The translations under genes and the position numbers were made by a program. Below are positions 8,527-17,553 of a DNA stretch of 64,000 nucleotides, piece after piece. The stretch is from a virus. Taxonomy: Duplodnaviria > Caudoviricetes. The DNA is taken from IMG/VR virus record IMGVR_UViG_2919380674_000001, positions 1 through 64,000 of that record; one strand, written 5' to 3'. How positions within the stretch are numbered: the stretch's first letter is position 1; every line of letters begins with the position of its first letter. A model generated the notes under the pieces. That model ran no database searches. It was not told where the DNA came from and saw nothing but the letters and a program-made list of their open reading frames with translations.

Positions 8527-9518
8527 GCGTCCACCCACGACAATCTGCCTTGTGCGGCCAGTTCATGACATGAGCCTTTACGACTCCACACGTCGATAAG
8601 GGTGATGATTTGATCGAGCCGCTGACGATCGAGTTGGACTTGAACAGCTTGGGCTAGGGTGGCCAGGAGCCGTTCGACACCGTTTGGGTAGGTGCGCAGG
8701 TTTGTGTCGGTGACTCCGGCGTGCATGCTGTCAAGGAACTCGTCGAACATTGCCTTGCCGTTATGGATACAGCTCCATGAGGCTTCTCGTACCCATTCGG
8801 CGCTGTAGAACGCTTTGCGTTGGTCTTGGAAATGAGCCGACCAGCGTGGCGGAATATCGTCAATCACCGGTTCTAGATTGCTGGTGGGCAATCCTTCGCA
8901 GTAGGCGTGCAGTAAGGCGGCGACGTAGATGAGTTCGTCGGGCTGAATATGTTCGGGAACGTCCTTTTTCGGTGGAAGCCCCACTGATTGATCGCCAAGG
9001 CGCAGCCGGTTGGTTTTCTCATCAATATACGGAGCAACCGACTGCGGGGCGGGTGTGGGCAGGTTGAGCGAAACCTCGAGTGGTGACGGGGCGGTGTCGC
9101 GGATAGAGACGAGGACTTCGCGGATGAGCGCACCGAGACCACGTCCAACATTGCCTTTGTTGATTCTCGCATCGATATGGTGCAACCTGTCGGCGAGTTC
9201 ATTGAGAACGGGCTCTTGATACCAGTCGAGCAGGTTCGAGGAGAATTCTTCTTCATCCCACCTTCCAGCAAGTTCACCTGCAAAGTCCGGCTTCATCGGA
9301 TACGAGCCGTTCGCATACCCCTTCCACGTGGAAACGGCACGCAGCTCGATAGCTGTCCGTTCATCACCCGTGTCAGGTGCTGGTACGAGTCCCAGGTCGA
9401 TGACGAATGCGGTGAACTCGCCAAGCTTGCGGGTGCCTTTCATCATTGGACGAAGCGCATCGACGAGTTGCGTGAAGTTATTCTTCTCGCCCAATTTCAC
9501 CTCCGCAATCGCGTTCAA
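8523..9518 (-). CDS. ABC-3C effector-position protein (CTD6-like C-terminus, LmuA-like) with an apparently non-enzymatic N-terminal domain
   Basis: C-terminal HFQDQRKAFYSAE...RKGSCHELAAQGRLSWV; first gene of the triad; likely start is TTG at 9494 after GGAGGTG. Confidence 0.72.
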   Translation of the reverse strand: MNAIAEVKLGEKNNFTQLVDALRPMMKGTRKLGEFTAFVIDLGLVPAPDTGDERTAIELRAVSTWKGYANGSYPMKPDFAGELAGRWDEEEFSSNLLDWYQEPVLNELADRLHHIDARINKGNVGRGLGALIREVLVSIRDTAPSPLEVSLNLPTPAPQSVAPYIDEKTNRLRLGDQSVGLPPKKDVPEHIQPDELIYVAALLHAYCEGLPTSNLEPVIDDIPPRWSAHFQDQRKAFYSAEWVREASWSCIHNGKAMFDEFLDSMHAGVTDTNLRTYPNGVERLLATLAQAVQVQLDRQRLDQIITLIDVWSRKGSCHELAAQGRLSWVDA

Positions 9519-9697
9519 TCGCTGTCAATCGGTTGACCATCGCCTACTCACGCGCAGATTCGTTTAATGGAAATGCAAGAGCGGAACGAGTGACAACATC
9601 CTTTCTGATTATACAGTCTCGCTTCACTCTTGGCGTGTTCATCTACGCGAACGCGTAGTCGTGTCGCAACGAGCGTGGGCAGGAGGTGAGAAGAGAC

Positions 9698-9841
9698 ATG
9701 GGTAAACGAAACATGAAGCAGACGTCTCGGCTGGTAGCCACCAAGGCATCGGCACTTCTGCGCGATGGCCGAACCTCAGCCAGGACGAAGTCCGTAGCAG
9801 GCTCCGCGCTGGCCCAAGCCAAGCCGCGTAAGGGCAAGTAA
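9698..9841 (+). CDS. 47-aa highly basic small protein (absent from the ORF track)
   Basis: MGKRNMKQTSRLVATKASALLRDGRTSARTKSVAGSALAQAKPRKGK with a strong AGGAGGTGA RBS at 9681-9689. Confidence 0.75.
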   Translation: MGKRNMKQTSRLVATKASALLRDGRTSARTKSVAGSALAQAKPRKGK

Positions 9842-10127
9842 CACCCTCGCTGGTGTTTCGCAGCGCGGTCGACAGCCGCGAAACACTCTCTCATTTTCCT
9901 TTTCGGCGATGCCGCACCGGTCAACCGGCACGCTGAAACCTTTCTCCTACTTTTCCGCATGCGCAGAGCCGTATTCGGGAAGACCACCGTTGAGCGCTTG
10001 ACGGGCACCACCTCAATCCGGGTTTAACCCGGCGGGGCTGGTGCCCGTCACTGCATCCGCTCAACATTTCGGTCTTCTCTCGGCAGTCCTCAACGGGGTC
10101 TCCCTTTACAAGAAGGGAACCCCACTC

Positions 10128-10658
10128 ATGGGATTCATTACCTATACGTCTGTTGTCGGTGATCCGATCGTTGTTGAAGCTGAGGATCGGTGGGTTGAGA
10201 TCGTCACTGATCTTGACCGGGCTGAATACAACAACGAACACGGATATCACCGTCAAGACCGTAAAGGCGTCAAGTTCTGCTCGTGGGATGCCTACAACTC
10301 CTACGGCAACCAGGAAGCCGGATCCACGCCGTCAGCCGAAGACATCGTATGCGAGAACGAAACCGCCACTGAACAAGAGCACCTTCTCCAGGCCGTTGGC
10401 GAGTTGCTGGTCGAGCTCATCAAGAAGCTGCCGCCTGCGCAGCGGGAAGTGTTCATCGCCATCCGTGTCCAACAGCGGCCTGCAGTGGAGGTGGCCGCTG
10501 CCCGTGGCGTGTCAAAAGCGGCGATCTCGAAAACGTTGAAGAAAGCCACTGAACACCTGCGTGAGGGACTGATCGCGGCAGGGGTTAACTCCAGCGATCT
10601 TCATGGCCTCCCTATGAGCGAGGCACACGGCACCGCTCAGGAAGGAACGAACAAATGA
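10128..10658 (+). CDS. Phage sigma-70 region 4 domain protein (ECF-like sigma factor)
   Basis: LIKKLPPAQREVF...EVAAARGVSKAAISKTLKKATEHLR region-4 HTH. Confidence 0.8.
   Translation: MGFITYTSVVGDPIVVEAEDRWVEIVTDLDRAEYNNEHGYHRQDRKGVKFCSWDAYNSYGNQEAGSTPSAEDIVCENETATEQEHLLQAVGELLVELIKKLPPAQREVFIAIRVQQRPAVEVAAARGVSKAAISKTLKKATEHLREGLIAAGVNSSDLHGLPMSEAHGTAQEGTNK
10581..10620 (+). promoter_or_regulatory. Phage motif A copy 1 (GGGGTTAACTC-N12-TGGCCT-N5-TGAGMG)
   Basis: Identical spacing at 10581, 16238 and 52829, each just upstream of an operon start. Confidence 0.7.
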
Positions 10659-10906
10659 GTACCAAGCTCAAGCTCAAGATCGGCAAAAACCCCAACCCCG
10701 ATGCGGCACTGTCGGCAAAGGAAATCCGAGTCACCACGCGGATGCTGCGCGCCATCTTCGGCACCACCACACCGCTCCACAAGATGGCGATCCTCCTGCC
10801 CGGATCCGATACCACGAACGTCGAAGTCCAGATCACTGAACCTGATGACGACCTCATGGCCTTGGTAGATGCTCTGGACGGGCGCGCGGGAGGTGGAGGG
10901 CGATGA
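10655..10906 (+). CDS. Phage hypothetical protein
   Basis: Coupled ORF with RBS in the early operon. Confidence 0.65.
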   Translation: MSTKLKLKIGKNPNPDAALSAKEIRVTTRMLRAIFGTTTPLHKMAILLPGSDTTNVEVQITEPDDDLMALVDALDGRAGGGGR

Positions 10907-11316
10907 TGGATTTCCAGACACGCAACCAACTAATCGGCGCATGGAACCAGGCTGCCGCCTATGCGTGTGAGCAGGCGCAGGCCCTCGAGGACGACTGGTA
11001 TGAGCAGGTTGAAGACCATGCGGGAATGATCGGTGACCGCCCGATACCAGCTGCACGACTCATCGGCACATCAGAACCAAGCTGTTCCCCAGCGCACGAA
11101 GAAACACCAGACATGTCTCCAGTTGCGGAGCCTGAACCTGCGGTGACGTTGGAGGACGTGCGCGGCGTGCTCGCTGAGGTCTCGGCGCAAGGTCACACGG
11201 CAAAGATTCGCGAGCTGATTGTTGCCACCGGCGCGGACAAGCTCTCGGCGGTTGACCCGTCGAAGTACGGCTGGCTTCTTGAGCGGGCGAAGGAGATTGC
11301 TGATGGCACCGTCTGA
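10903..11316 (+). CDS. Conserved phage protein upstream of DUF2800
   Basis: C-terminal VTLEDVRGVLAEVSAQGHTAKIRELI...GADKLSAVDP. Confidence 0.75.
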   Translation: MMDFQTRNQLIGAWNQAAAYACEQAQALEDDWYEQVEDHAGMIGDRPIPAARLIGTSEPSCSPAHEETPDMSPVAEPEPAVTLEDVRGVLAEVSAQGHTAKIRELIVATGADKLSAVDPSKYGWLLERAKEIADGTV

Positions 11317-12439
11317 TCACGCACTCCTCTCAGCTTCTGGTGCTCACAGGTGGCTCAACTGCACCCCGTCGGCGCGTCTGGAGTCTGATGAGCCGGAGTC
11401 GACGTCGGCTGCGGCCGAACAAGGCACTGTCGCTCACGCGCTGGCTGAGCACAAGCTCCGCCGAGTGTTGAAGCAGCGCTCGAAGCGGCCAGTCTCAACT
11501 TGGGTTGATGACGAGATGGAAACCCTCACGGATGACTATGTGGCGTTCGTGCAAGAACGCATCTCCATCGCCCAAGAATCCTGTGGTGATCCGCAGGTGC
11601 TGATCGAGCAGCGTCTCGACTTCTCCCACATTGTTCCGGGAGGTTTCGGCACCGGCGACTGTGTGATCATCGCCGAACCCACCTTGCAGATCATTGATCT
11701 CAAGTACGGGCAAGGCGTGCTGGTCGAGGCCGCACACAACCCGCAGCTGATGCTCTACGCGCTCGGAGCCGTCCACGTTTTCGGGGACTTGTATGACATC
11801 GAGACCGTAGCGGTGACGATCTACCAGCCTCGCCGGGGCAACGTCGACACCTGGGAAACCTCCGTCGCAGACCTCCTCGCGTGGGCTGAGACGGAGGTCA
11901 AGCCGAAGGCTGAGCTGGCCTCGGCGGGTGGGGGCGAGTTTTGTCCAGGCTCGTGGTGCCAGTTCTGTCGCATCGCACCGACGTGTCGGGCACGAGCCGA
12001 AGCCAACCTCACCCTGGCAAAGCACGAGTTCGCCCCACCGGCCGAGCTGTCTGATGTGGAGATCTCGGATGTGCTGGCTCGGATTCCGGATTTGAAGTCT
12101 TGGGCAGCCGACGTGGAGGCCTACGCGCTCTCGAAGGCCGTCAATCAAGGCGTGGTCTTTGAGGGGTTCAAGCTCGTCGCTGGACGTTCTGTACGCAAAT
12201 ACACCTCCGAAACCGACGTGGCTGCGGCGGCTGAGGCGGCTGGATATAGGGACATTTATGATCGCAAGCTCATCACGCTCACGGCAATGGAACGGCTCAT
12301 GGGTAAACCCGCCTTCAACGAGATCCTCGGCGATCTCGTGACTAAGCCTGCCGGCAAACCAACCCTGGTCCCTGCATCCGACAAACGGCCGTCGCTCGAC
12401 CTGGTGAGTGCGGCCACCGATTTTCAAACAAACAAGTAA
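11303..12439 (+). CDS. DUF2800 Cas4-like PD-(D/E)xK nuclease
   Basis: HALLSASGAHRWLNCTPS, GFGTGDC, IIDLKYG, QLMLYALG, WCQFC...C. Confidence 0.88.
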   Translation: MAPSDHALLSASGAHRWLNCTPSARLESDEPESTSAAAEQGTVAHALAEHKLRRVLKQRSKRPVSTWVDDEMETLTDDYVAFVQERISIAQESCGDPQVLIEQRLDFSHIVPGGFGTGDCVIIAEPTLQIIDLKYGQGVLVEAAHNPQLMLYALGAVHVFGDLYDIETVAVTIYQPRRGNVDTWETSVADLLAWAETEVKPKAELASAGGGEFCPGSWCQFCRIAPTCRARAEANLTLAKHEFAPPAELSDVEISDVLARIPDLKSWAADVEAYALSKAVNQGVVFEGFKLVAGRSVRKYTSETDVAAAAEAAGYRDIYDRKLITLTAMERLMGKPAFNEILGDLVTKPAGKPTLVPASDKRPSLDLVSAATDFQTNK

Positions 12440-12461
12440 CTAGTAGAAAGCAGAAAAGATT

Positions 12462-13013
12462 ATGACTACTCAGAATCCGACCCGTATTGTCACCGGCGAA
12501 GTACGCCTGTCCTATGCCCATGTGTGGGAGCCGAACTCCATCCAAGGCGGAAAACCCAAGTACTCCGTCTCCCTCATTATCCCCAAATCCGACACCGCCA
12601 CGATTGCGGCTATTGAGAAGGCCGTGGATGCCGCCATCGAGGCCGGGATCGGGAAGTTTGGCGGGAAGCGACCCAACAAGGCCGCCCTCAAGTTGCCGCT
12701 GCGTGATGGGGATATTGAGCGTGACGACGAAGCCTACAAGGGCGCCTACTTCCTCAACGCCAACTCCCTGACGGCTCCGCAGATCGTCGACGAGCATGTG
12801 GCACCGATTCTTGATCGTGCCGAGGTCTACTCAGGCTGCTACGCCCGCGTTTCCTTGAGTTTCTATGCGTTTAACACGAATGGCAACCGTGGCATCGCCT
12901 GCGGACTGGGGAACATTCAAAAGACCCGTGACGGTGAGAGCCTTGGCGGCGGGCGTGTCTCGGCTGAGACCGACTTCGGTGCCTTCGCCGCTGATGACGA
13001 CTTCCTGAACTAA
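12462..13013 (+). CDS. DUF2815 phage ssDNA-binding protein
   Basis: VRLSYAHVWEP...LPLRDGD...VYSGCYAR...GLGNIQK, acidic tail ending DDDFLN. Confidence 0.9.
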   Translation: MTTQNPTRIVTGEVRLSYAHVWEPNSIQGGKPKYSVSLIIPKSDTATIAAIEKAVDAAIEAGIGKFGGKRPNKAALKLPLRDGDIERDDEAYKGAYFLNANSLTAPQIVDEHVAPILDRAEVYSGCYARVSLSFYAFNTNGNRGIACGLGNIQKTRDGESLGGGRVSAETDFGAFAADDDFLN

Positions 13014-13090
13014 CCATCCCCACACGTGGAGGAAACCAGCACATGCCGTTGGTTCCCTCCACTTTTCCTCTATGTGAAAGGAACCTCGTC

Positions 13091-15058
13091 ATGCGAACAC
13101 TCTTCTGCGATATCGAATCTTTCAGCCCCGCCCAACTCGCCAAGACAGGCGTCTACCCGTATGCCGACCACCCCGACTTCGCCCTGCTACTCTTCGGATA
13201 TTCGGTCGACGGCGGCCCGGTCGAAGTGGTGGATCTTGCCAGCGGCGAGACCCTGCCCGATGAGGTTCTCGCAGCACTGGTGGATCCGGATGTGGTCAAG
13301 TGGGCGCATAACGCCGCCTTCGAACGTGTCTGCTTGTCCGCTTGGCTACGAGCGCATCATCCAGAGCTTCTCGCTGATGGGTTTCTTGGCCCAAGGCAGT
13401 GGCGGTGCACCATGATCTGGTCGACCTACCTTGGTCTGCCGATGAGCCTCGACGCGGTTGCCACCGTCCTCAAACTCGACGTCCAAAAAGACACAGTAGG
13501 CAAGAAGCTGATAAAGCAGTTCTGCACACCCGCCACACCCTCAGTCCTGAACGGCGGCAAACGCAGGAACCCACCATCAGCTGACCCGACCGGGTGGGCG
13601 CGGTTCATCGAGTACAACCGGCGCGACGTCGAAGTCGAGCTCGCCATCCACGAGCGGCTCTCATCATTCCCGATGCCCGATGACGAGTGGGACACCTACA
13701 CGCTCGACCAACGCATTAATGATGCTGGGATTCTTCTCGACCACACGCTGGTCGATCACGCGGTTGCCGTCGACGATCATCACCGCAACGCGACACTCGC
13801 TCGGGCACAGACATTGACCGGGCTGGAGAACCCGAACTCACCCATCCAGCTGAAGGACTGGCTCACCACCCACGGCTGCCACATCGACTCACTCGCCAAG
13901 GCTGACGTCGATGCCGCCCTTGACACCGCGACCGGTGAGGTGAAAGAAGTCCTCGGACTCCGTGGTGATCTGGCGAAATCGAGCGTGAAGAAATACCAGG
14001 CGATGCACAACGTCGCAGGATCCGATGGCCGGGCGCGCGGGCTTATCCAGTTCTACGGCGCAGGACGTACCGGACGTTTCGCCGGACGCCTCGTCCAAGT
14101 CCAAAACCTCCCGAGGAACTATCTGCCTGATCTCGACCAAGCACGAACCTTGGTCAGAGTGGGTGATCTTGATGCGCTTGAGCTGCTGTATGACTCCGTG
14201 CCCGACACTCTCTCGCAGTTGATCCGCACCGCCTTCATCCCTAGTACCGGCAATCGGTTTATTGTCGCGGACTTCTCTGCAATCGAGGCGCGCGTGATTG
14301 CCTGGCTCGCAGGAGAAACCACCACCCTCCAGGCCTTCCGTGAGGGCAAAGACCTCTACTGCGAAACCGCCTCCCGCATGTTCGGCGTCCCAGTAGAAAA
14401 ACACGGCATCAACGCCGAGCTTCGCCAGAAGGGGAAGATTGCGGTGCTCGCCTGTGGTTATGGCGGCTCTGTTGGTGCGCTGAAAGCTATGGGTGCCCTG
14501 CACATGGGACTCGCCGAGCATGAGCTCAAACCGGTCGTCGATGCCTGGCGGCAAGCTAATCCACATACTGTGCAGCTCTGGGCCGACGTTGAAGAAGCCG
14601 TGATTGCCGCGATCTCGTCGCGCCAGCCGATTCGACTACGGAATCTGCGCTTTAGTGTTGAGTCTGGGATTCTCTTCATCGAACTACCATCCGGTAGACG
14701 GTTGGCGTATGTGCAGCCGCGTCTGGGCGAGAACCGTTGGGGCGGTACCTCCATCACCTACACCGGCACCACCACTGCACGGCGCTGGGGACAACTCGAA
14801 ACCTACGGTGGAAAACTCGTCGAGAATATCGTCCAGGCGATCGCTCGTGACCTGCTCGTCACTGGCATGCACGCAGTCGCCAAGGCGGGGCATCGGATTG
14901 TGATGCATGTTCATGACGAAATCGTCATCGATGAACCCACAAACTCGGACTTCACCGTCGCCGATGCGTGTGAGTTAATGTCCACGCTCCCAGCATGGGC
15001 GGAAGGCCTTCCGCTGGATGCGGATGGGTATGAGTGTGCCTATTACCGCAAGGATTAA
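13091..15058 (+). CDS. Phage family A DNA polymerase
   Basis: 3'-5' exonuclease DIES, motif A DFSAIEAR, motif B RQKGKIAVLACGYG, motif C HVHDE. Confidence 0.93.
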   Translation: MRTLFCDIESFSPAQLAKTGVYPYADHPDFALLLFGYSVDGGPVEVVDLASGETLPDEVLAALVDPDVVKWAHNAAFERVCLSAWLRAHHPELLADGFLGPRQWRCTMIWSTYLGLPMSLDAVATVLKLDVQKDTVGKKLIKQFCTPATPSVLNGGKRRNPPSADPTGWARFIEYNRRDVEVELAIHERLSSFPMPDDEWDTYTLDQRINDAGILLDHTLVDHAVAVDDHHRNATLARAQTLTGLENPNSPIQLKDWLTTHGCHIDSLAKADVDAALDTATGEVKEVLGLRGDLAKSSVKKYQAMHNVAGSDGRARGLIQFYGAGRTGRFAGRLVQVQNLPRNYLPDLDQARTLVRVGDLDALELLYDSVPDTLSQLIRTAFIPSTGNRFIVADFSAIEARVIAWLAGETTTLQAFREGKDLYCETASRMFGVPVEKHGINAELRQKGKIAVLACGYGGSVGALKAMGALHMGLAEHELKPVVDAWRQANPHTVQLWADVEEAVIAAISSRQPIRLRNLRFSVESGILFIELPSGRRLAYVQPRLGENRWGGTSITYTGTTTARRWGQLETYGGKLVENIVQAIARDLLVTGMHAVAKAGHRIVMHVHDEIVIDEPTNSDFTVADACELMSTLPAWAEGLPLDADGYECAYYRKD

Positions 15059-15813
15059 ATCTTTGGATCTTCGCGATGGATTGGCTCAGGAGACAGCCCA
15101 AGGTGCTGGTTTGACGGGTTGAGCATGCTTGCGAGGTTTGCGAGCGATCCGTCCTCTAGAAGCGCCGGGTTCTTGACCATCTCGATAATTAGAGCTTGCA
15201 ACTGCTCAGAAGGAATCTGCGAGAGTGCTTGTTCAATTTCTGCGTAATCTTCAACCTCGACGATTCGCGCGGATTTGACCATGCGTAGTTGTTCGTCGCT
15301 ATACGCCTTTGCTGCAAGCCCAGCGATAATCCGTGCCATTGCTTCTTGGCGGGACATGATCTGTCGTTGATCCAGTTCGATGGCGGCGTGTTCATCGCGT
15401 GCTGGATTTAGCACCTGTGTCTCGGGCTCGTCAGACTTCTTCTTTCTTCCGATGCTCCGGATCCATTTCGCCTGACGGTTCACAGCAGGTCGCGCCGTTT
15501 CTTGCCACCATTGTTTGACGTGAGGAGCCGCCTTGGCTATCCCTGCCACCGTAACTGCGACAATAAGTTCACCGATAACTTCGGCGAGCTCATTGGATTC
15601 TTCAGATTCGCGGCGATGGTCAGAGGTGACGAATGTGTTCTCATACGAGTATTCGTCTGCCGGATTCAAGCGATCTTCATCGGGTACGAATCGGGCGTGA
15701 CCGGACAATACTCGATCTTCGTTGTATAGGTTCTGATGAAGCGAACCATCGATTCTGTGTCCAGGGTTGCCAACTGTCTCATCCCACTCGTAGTAGCCGT
15801 AGATCCTTCCCAT
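15055..15813 (-). CDS. Antisense moron, hypothetical protein with one hydrophobic segment
   Basis: 252-aa ORF filling the gap after polA on the opposite strand. Confidence 0.7.
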   Translation of the reverse strand: MGRIYGYYEWDETVGNPGHRIDGSLHQNLYNEDRVLSGHARFVPDEDRLNPADEYSYENTFVTSDHRRESEESNELAEVIGELIVAVTVAGIAKAAPHVKQWWQETARPAVNRQAKWIRSIGRKKKSDEPETQVLNPARDEHAAIELDQRQIMSRQEAMARIIAGLAAKAYSDEQLRMVKSARIVEVEDYAEIEQALSQIPSEQLQALIIEMVKNPALLEDGSLANLASMLNPSNQHLGLSPEPIHREDPKI

Positions 15814-15906
15814 GACGCAATTCTAGTTTCGTATCGGACGAGAGACATCTCTATCTCCAAGGCGAGTTGACGAACACGCCCTGTGATGGAACTAGCCAGC
15901 GCGCTT

Positions 15907-16089
15907 CTACTGTTCGTCAAGGATAATGCTCGGGTCGGTTTCCATGAACTCTCGCAGATACGCGGCTATCTGTTGGTTTACAGCACTCGGTGCTGGGTCA
16001 TTGTTGAGGTCGCGCAGGTATTCCATGAAGGCGAATAGCCGCATGTTTTTCGCCATCGCCCACACCGTGGCTTTATCCATCTCACCCAT
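15907..16089 (-). CDS. Small hypothetical protein (60 aa)
   Basis: AGGAG RBS before MGEMDKATVWAMAKN... Confidence 0.5.
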   Translation of the reverse strand: MGEMDKATVWAMAKNMRLFAFMEYLRDLNNDPAPSAVNQQIAAYLREFMETDPSIILDEQ

Positions 16090-16163
16090 ATCTCCTGCTC
16101 GCCCGCGCTGCACTGTTTGTCTGCAGGGTATACCCGGCATCTCGGGAAGCAATTTTCATGACA

Positions 16164-16277
16164 CCCGTCCGGATTAGGTGGTGCTCGAGGGCGTATGTGC
16201 GAGAGCCCCAAAGCTCAGTGACCACAAACCCATCCTGGGGGTTAACTCCTTGAAGGTTTGTGGCCTACCACTGAGAG
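16164..16277 (+). promoter_or_regulatory. Tandem phage motifs B (16164-16197) and A (16238-16277)
   Basis: CCCGTCCGGATT-N11-GAGGGCGTATG followed by GGGGTTAACTC-N12-TGGCCT-N5-TGAGAG; the same tandem recurs at 52767-52868. Confidence 0.7.
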
Positions 16278-16336
16278 TCGCTCGCACCAATCGGTGCACC
16301 TTTCGTCTATTTGGCTCTCAGAACAGGAGCCTTGTT

Positions 16337-17119
16337 ATGGGAAACACCATTCAAACCTTTACCAATGACCGTTTTGGGCAGGTACGTAGCTTCGCCGCCG
16401 ATGATCAGACGTGGTTCATCGCCGCCGATATCTGCCAAGCCCTCGAGCTAACGAACCCATCGGTTGCTGTCTCGCGTCTCGACGATGATGAGAAGGCTAA
16501 GTTCAACTTAGGGTTCTCCGGCGGTGCCACATGGTGCGTCAACGAACCCGGCCTTTACGGGCTGATCATGGCATCACGCAAACCAGAAGCCCGAGCATTC
16601 AAGCGTTGGGTCACCCACGAGGTGCTGCCATCGATCCGCCACCGTGGCCTGTATGCCACTGATGAGCTGGTCACTAATCCTGAAGCGCTCCTCAAAGTGC
16701 TTGATGCCTACGTCGCGGAGCGCCGCAAAACCGCAGAGCTCACGTTGCAGAATCTTGCGCAAGCTCAAGCCTTGGCTGAAGCGAAACCGAAACTGTCCTA
16801 CTACGACATGGTACTCAAAGCCAAGGACGCTCTTCCGATAACGGTGATTGCGAAGGATTATGGGCTTTCTGGTCGCAAGCTCAACCAGCTCCTGCACAAA
16901 CTCGGTATCCAGTACAAGCAATCGGGCGTGTGGCTGCTCTACGCCCAGCACGCTGGCAACGGTTACACCGACACCAAAACTCATGTCATTGACGACGGTA
17001 ATCGCACCCGGATTCACACCTACTGGACACAGAAAGGCCGCTTGTTCATCTACGAGGCTCTCAAGAACCAGCTCAGCATTCTGCCGGTCATTGAGCGTGA
17101 GGGCCAGGTGCAAGCATGA
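16337..17119 (+). CDS. Phage antirepressor (Bro-N plus ANT/KilAC)
   Basis: FGQVRS...VNEPGLY...FKRWVTHEVLPSIR; IAKDYG...WTQKGRLF. Confidence 0.92.
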   Translation: MGNTIQTFTNDRFGQVRSFAADDQTWFIAADICQALELTNPSVAVSRLDDDEKAKFNLGFSGGATWCVNEPGLYGLIMASRKPEARAFKRWVTHEVLPSIRHRGLYATDELVTNPEALLKVLDAYVAERRKTAELTLQNLAQAQALAEAKPKLSYYDMVLKAKDALPITVIAKDYGLSGRKLNQLLHKLGIQYKQSGVWLLYAQHAGNGYTDTKTHVIDDGNRTRIHTYWTQKGRLFIYEALKNQLSILPVIEREGQVQA

Positions 17120-17553
17120 CCGTCACGACTCTTGATATTGGGTTTTCGAAGAAGAACACCGAAGGCTATCTGGACCTGACAAGCTACCACGCTTTGAAGA
17201 AGCTCCAGCGCGAGCAGTTTGGCTACCGCCCGCTCGTCTATATCTGCTCACCGTATTCGGGCGACACGCAGGCGAACGTTGAGCTCGCCCGCCAATTCTG
17301 CGAGCTCGCAGTAGCAGCAGGCAAGATCCCGTTCGCCCCGCATCTGTTATTTCCGCAGTTCATGGACGACGCCGATTCTGATCAGCGTGAGTTGGCGATG
17401 TTCTTCAATAGGGTGCTGCTCGCCAAATGCGAAGCCCTGTGGGCATACGTCGGACACGTCAGCCCTGGTATGCGCCTGGAAATTGGGTGGGCACGCGACC
17501 TCGAGTTGCCGATTAAGTATTTCGATTCTGATTTCAAGGAGGTCATGCCATGA
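17116..17553 (+). CDS. DUF4406 / nucleoside deoxyribosyltransferase-like protein
   Basis: VYICSPYSGD...APHLLFPQF...SPGMRLEI. Confidence 0.75.
   Translation: MTVTTLDIGFSKKNTEGYLDLTSYHALKKLQREQFGYRPLVYICSPYSGDTQANVELARQFCELAVAAGKIPFAPHLLFPQFMDDADSDQRELAMFFNRVLLAKCEALWAYVGHVSPGMRLEIGWARDLELPIKYFDSDFKEVMP

Noticed and set aside
11495-12427. Long antisense ORFs (also 13889-14566, 44425-45303, 48546-49388, 54552-55274)
   Set aside because: Shadow frames of well-supported high-GC genes.
11303-12439. Cas4 as evidence of CRISPR-Cas
   Set aside because: It is the DUF2800 nuclease normal to this phage replication module.
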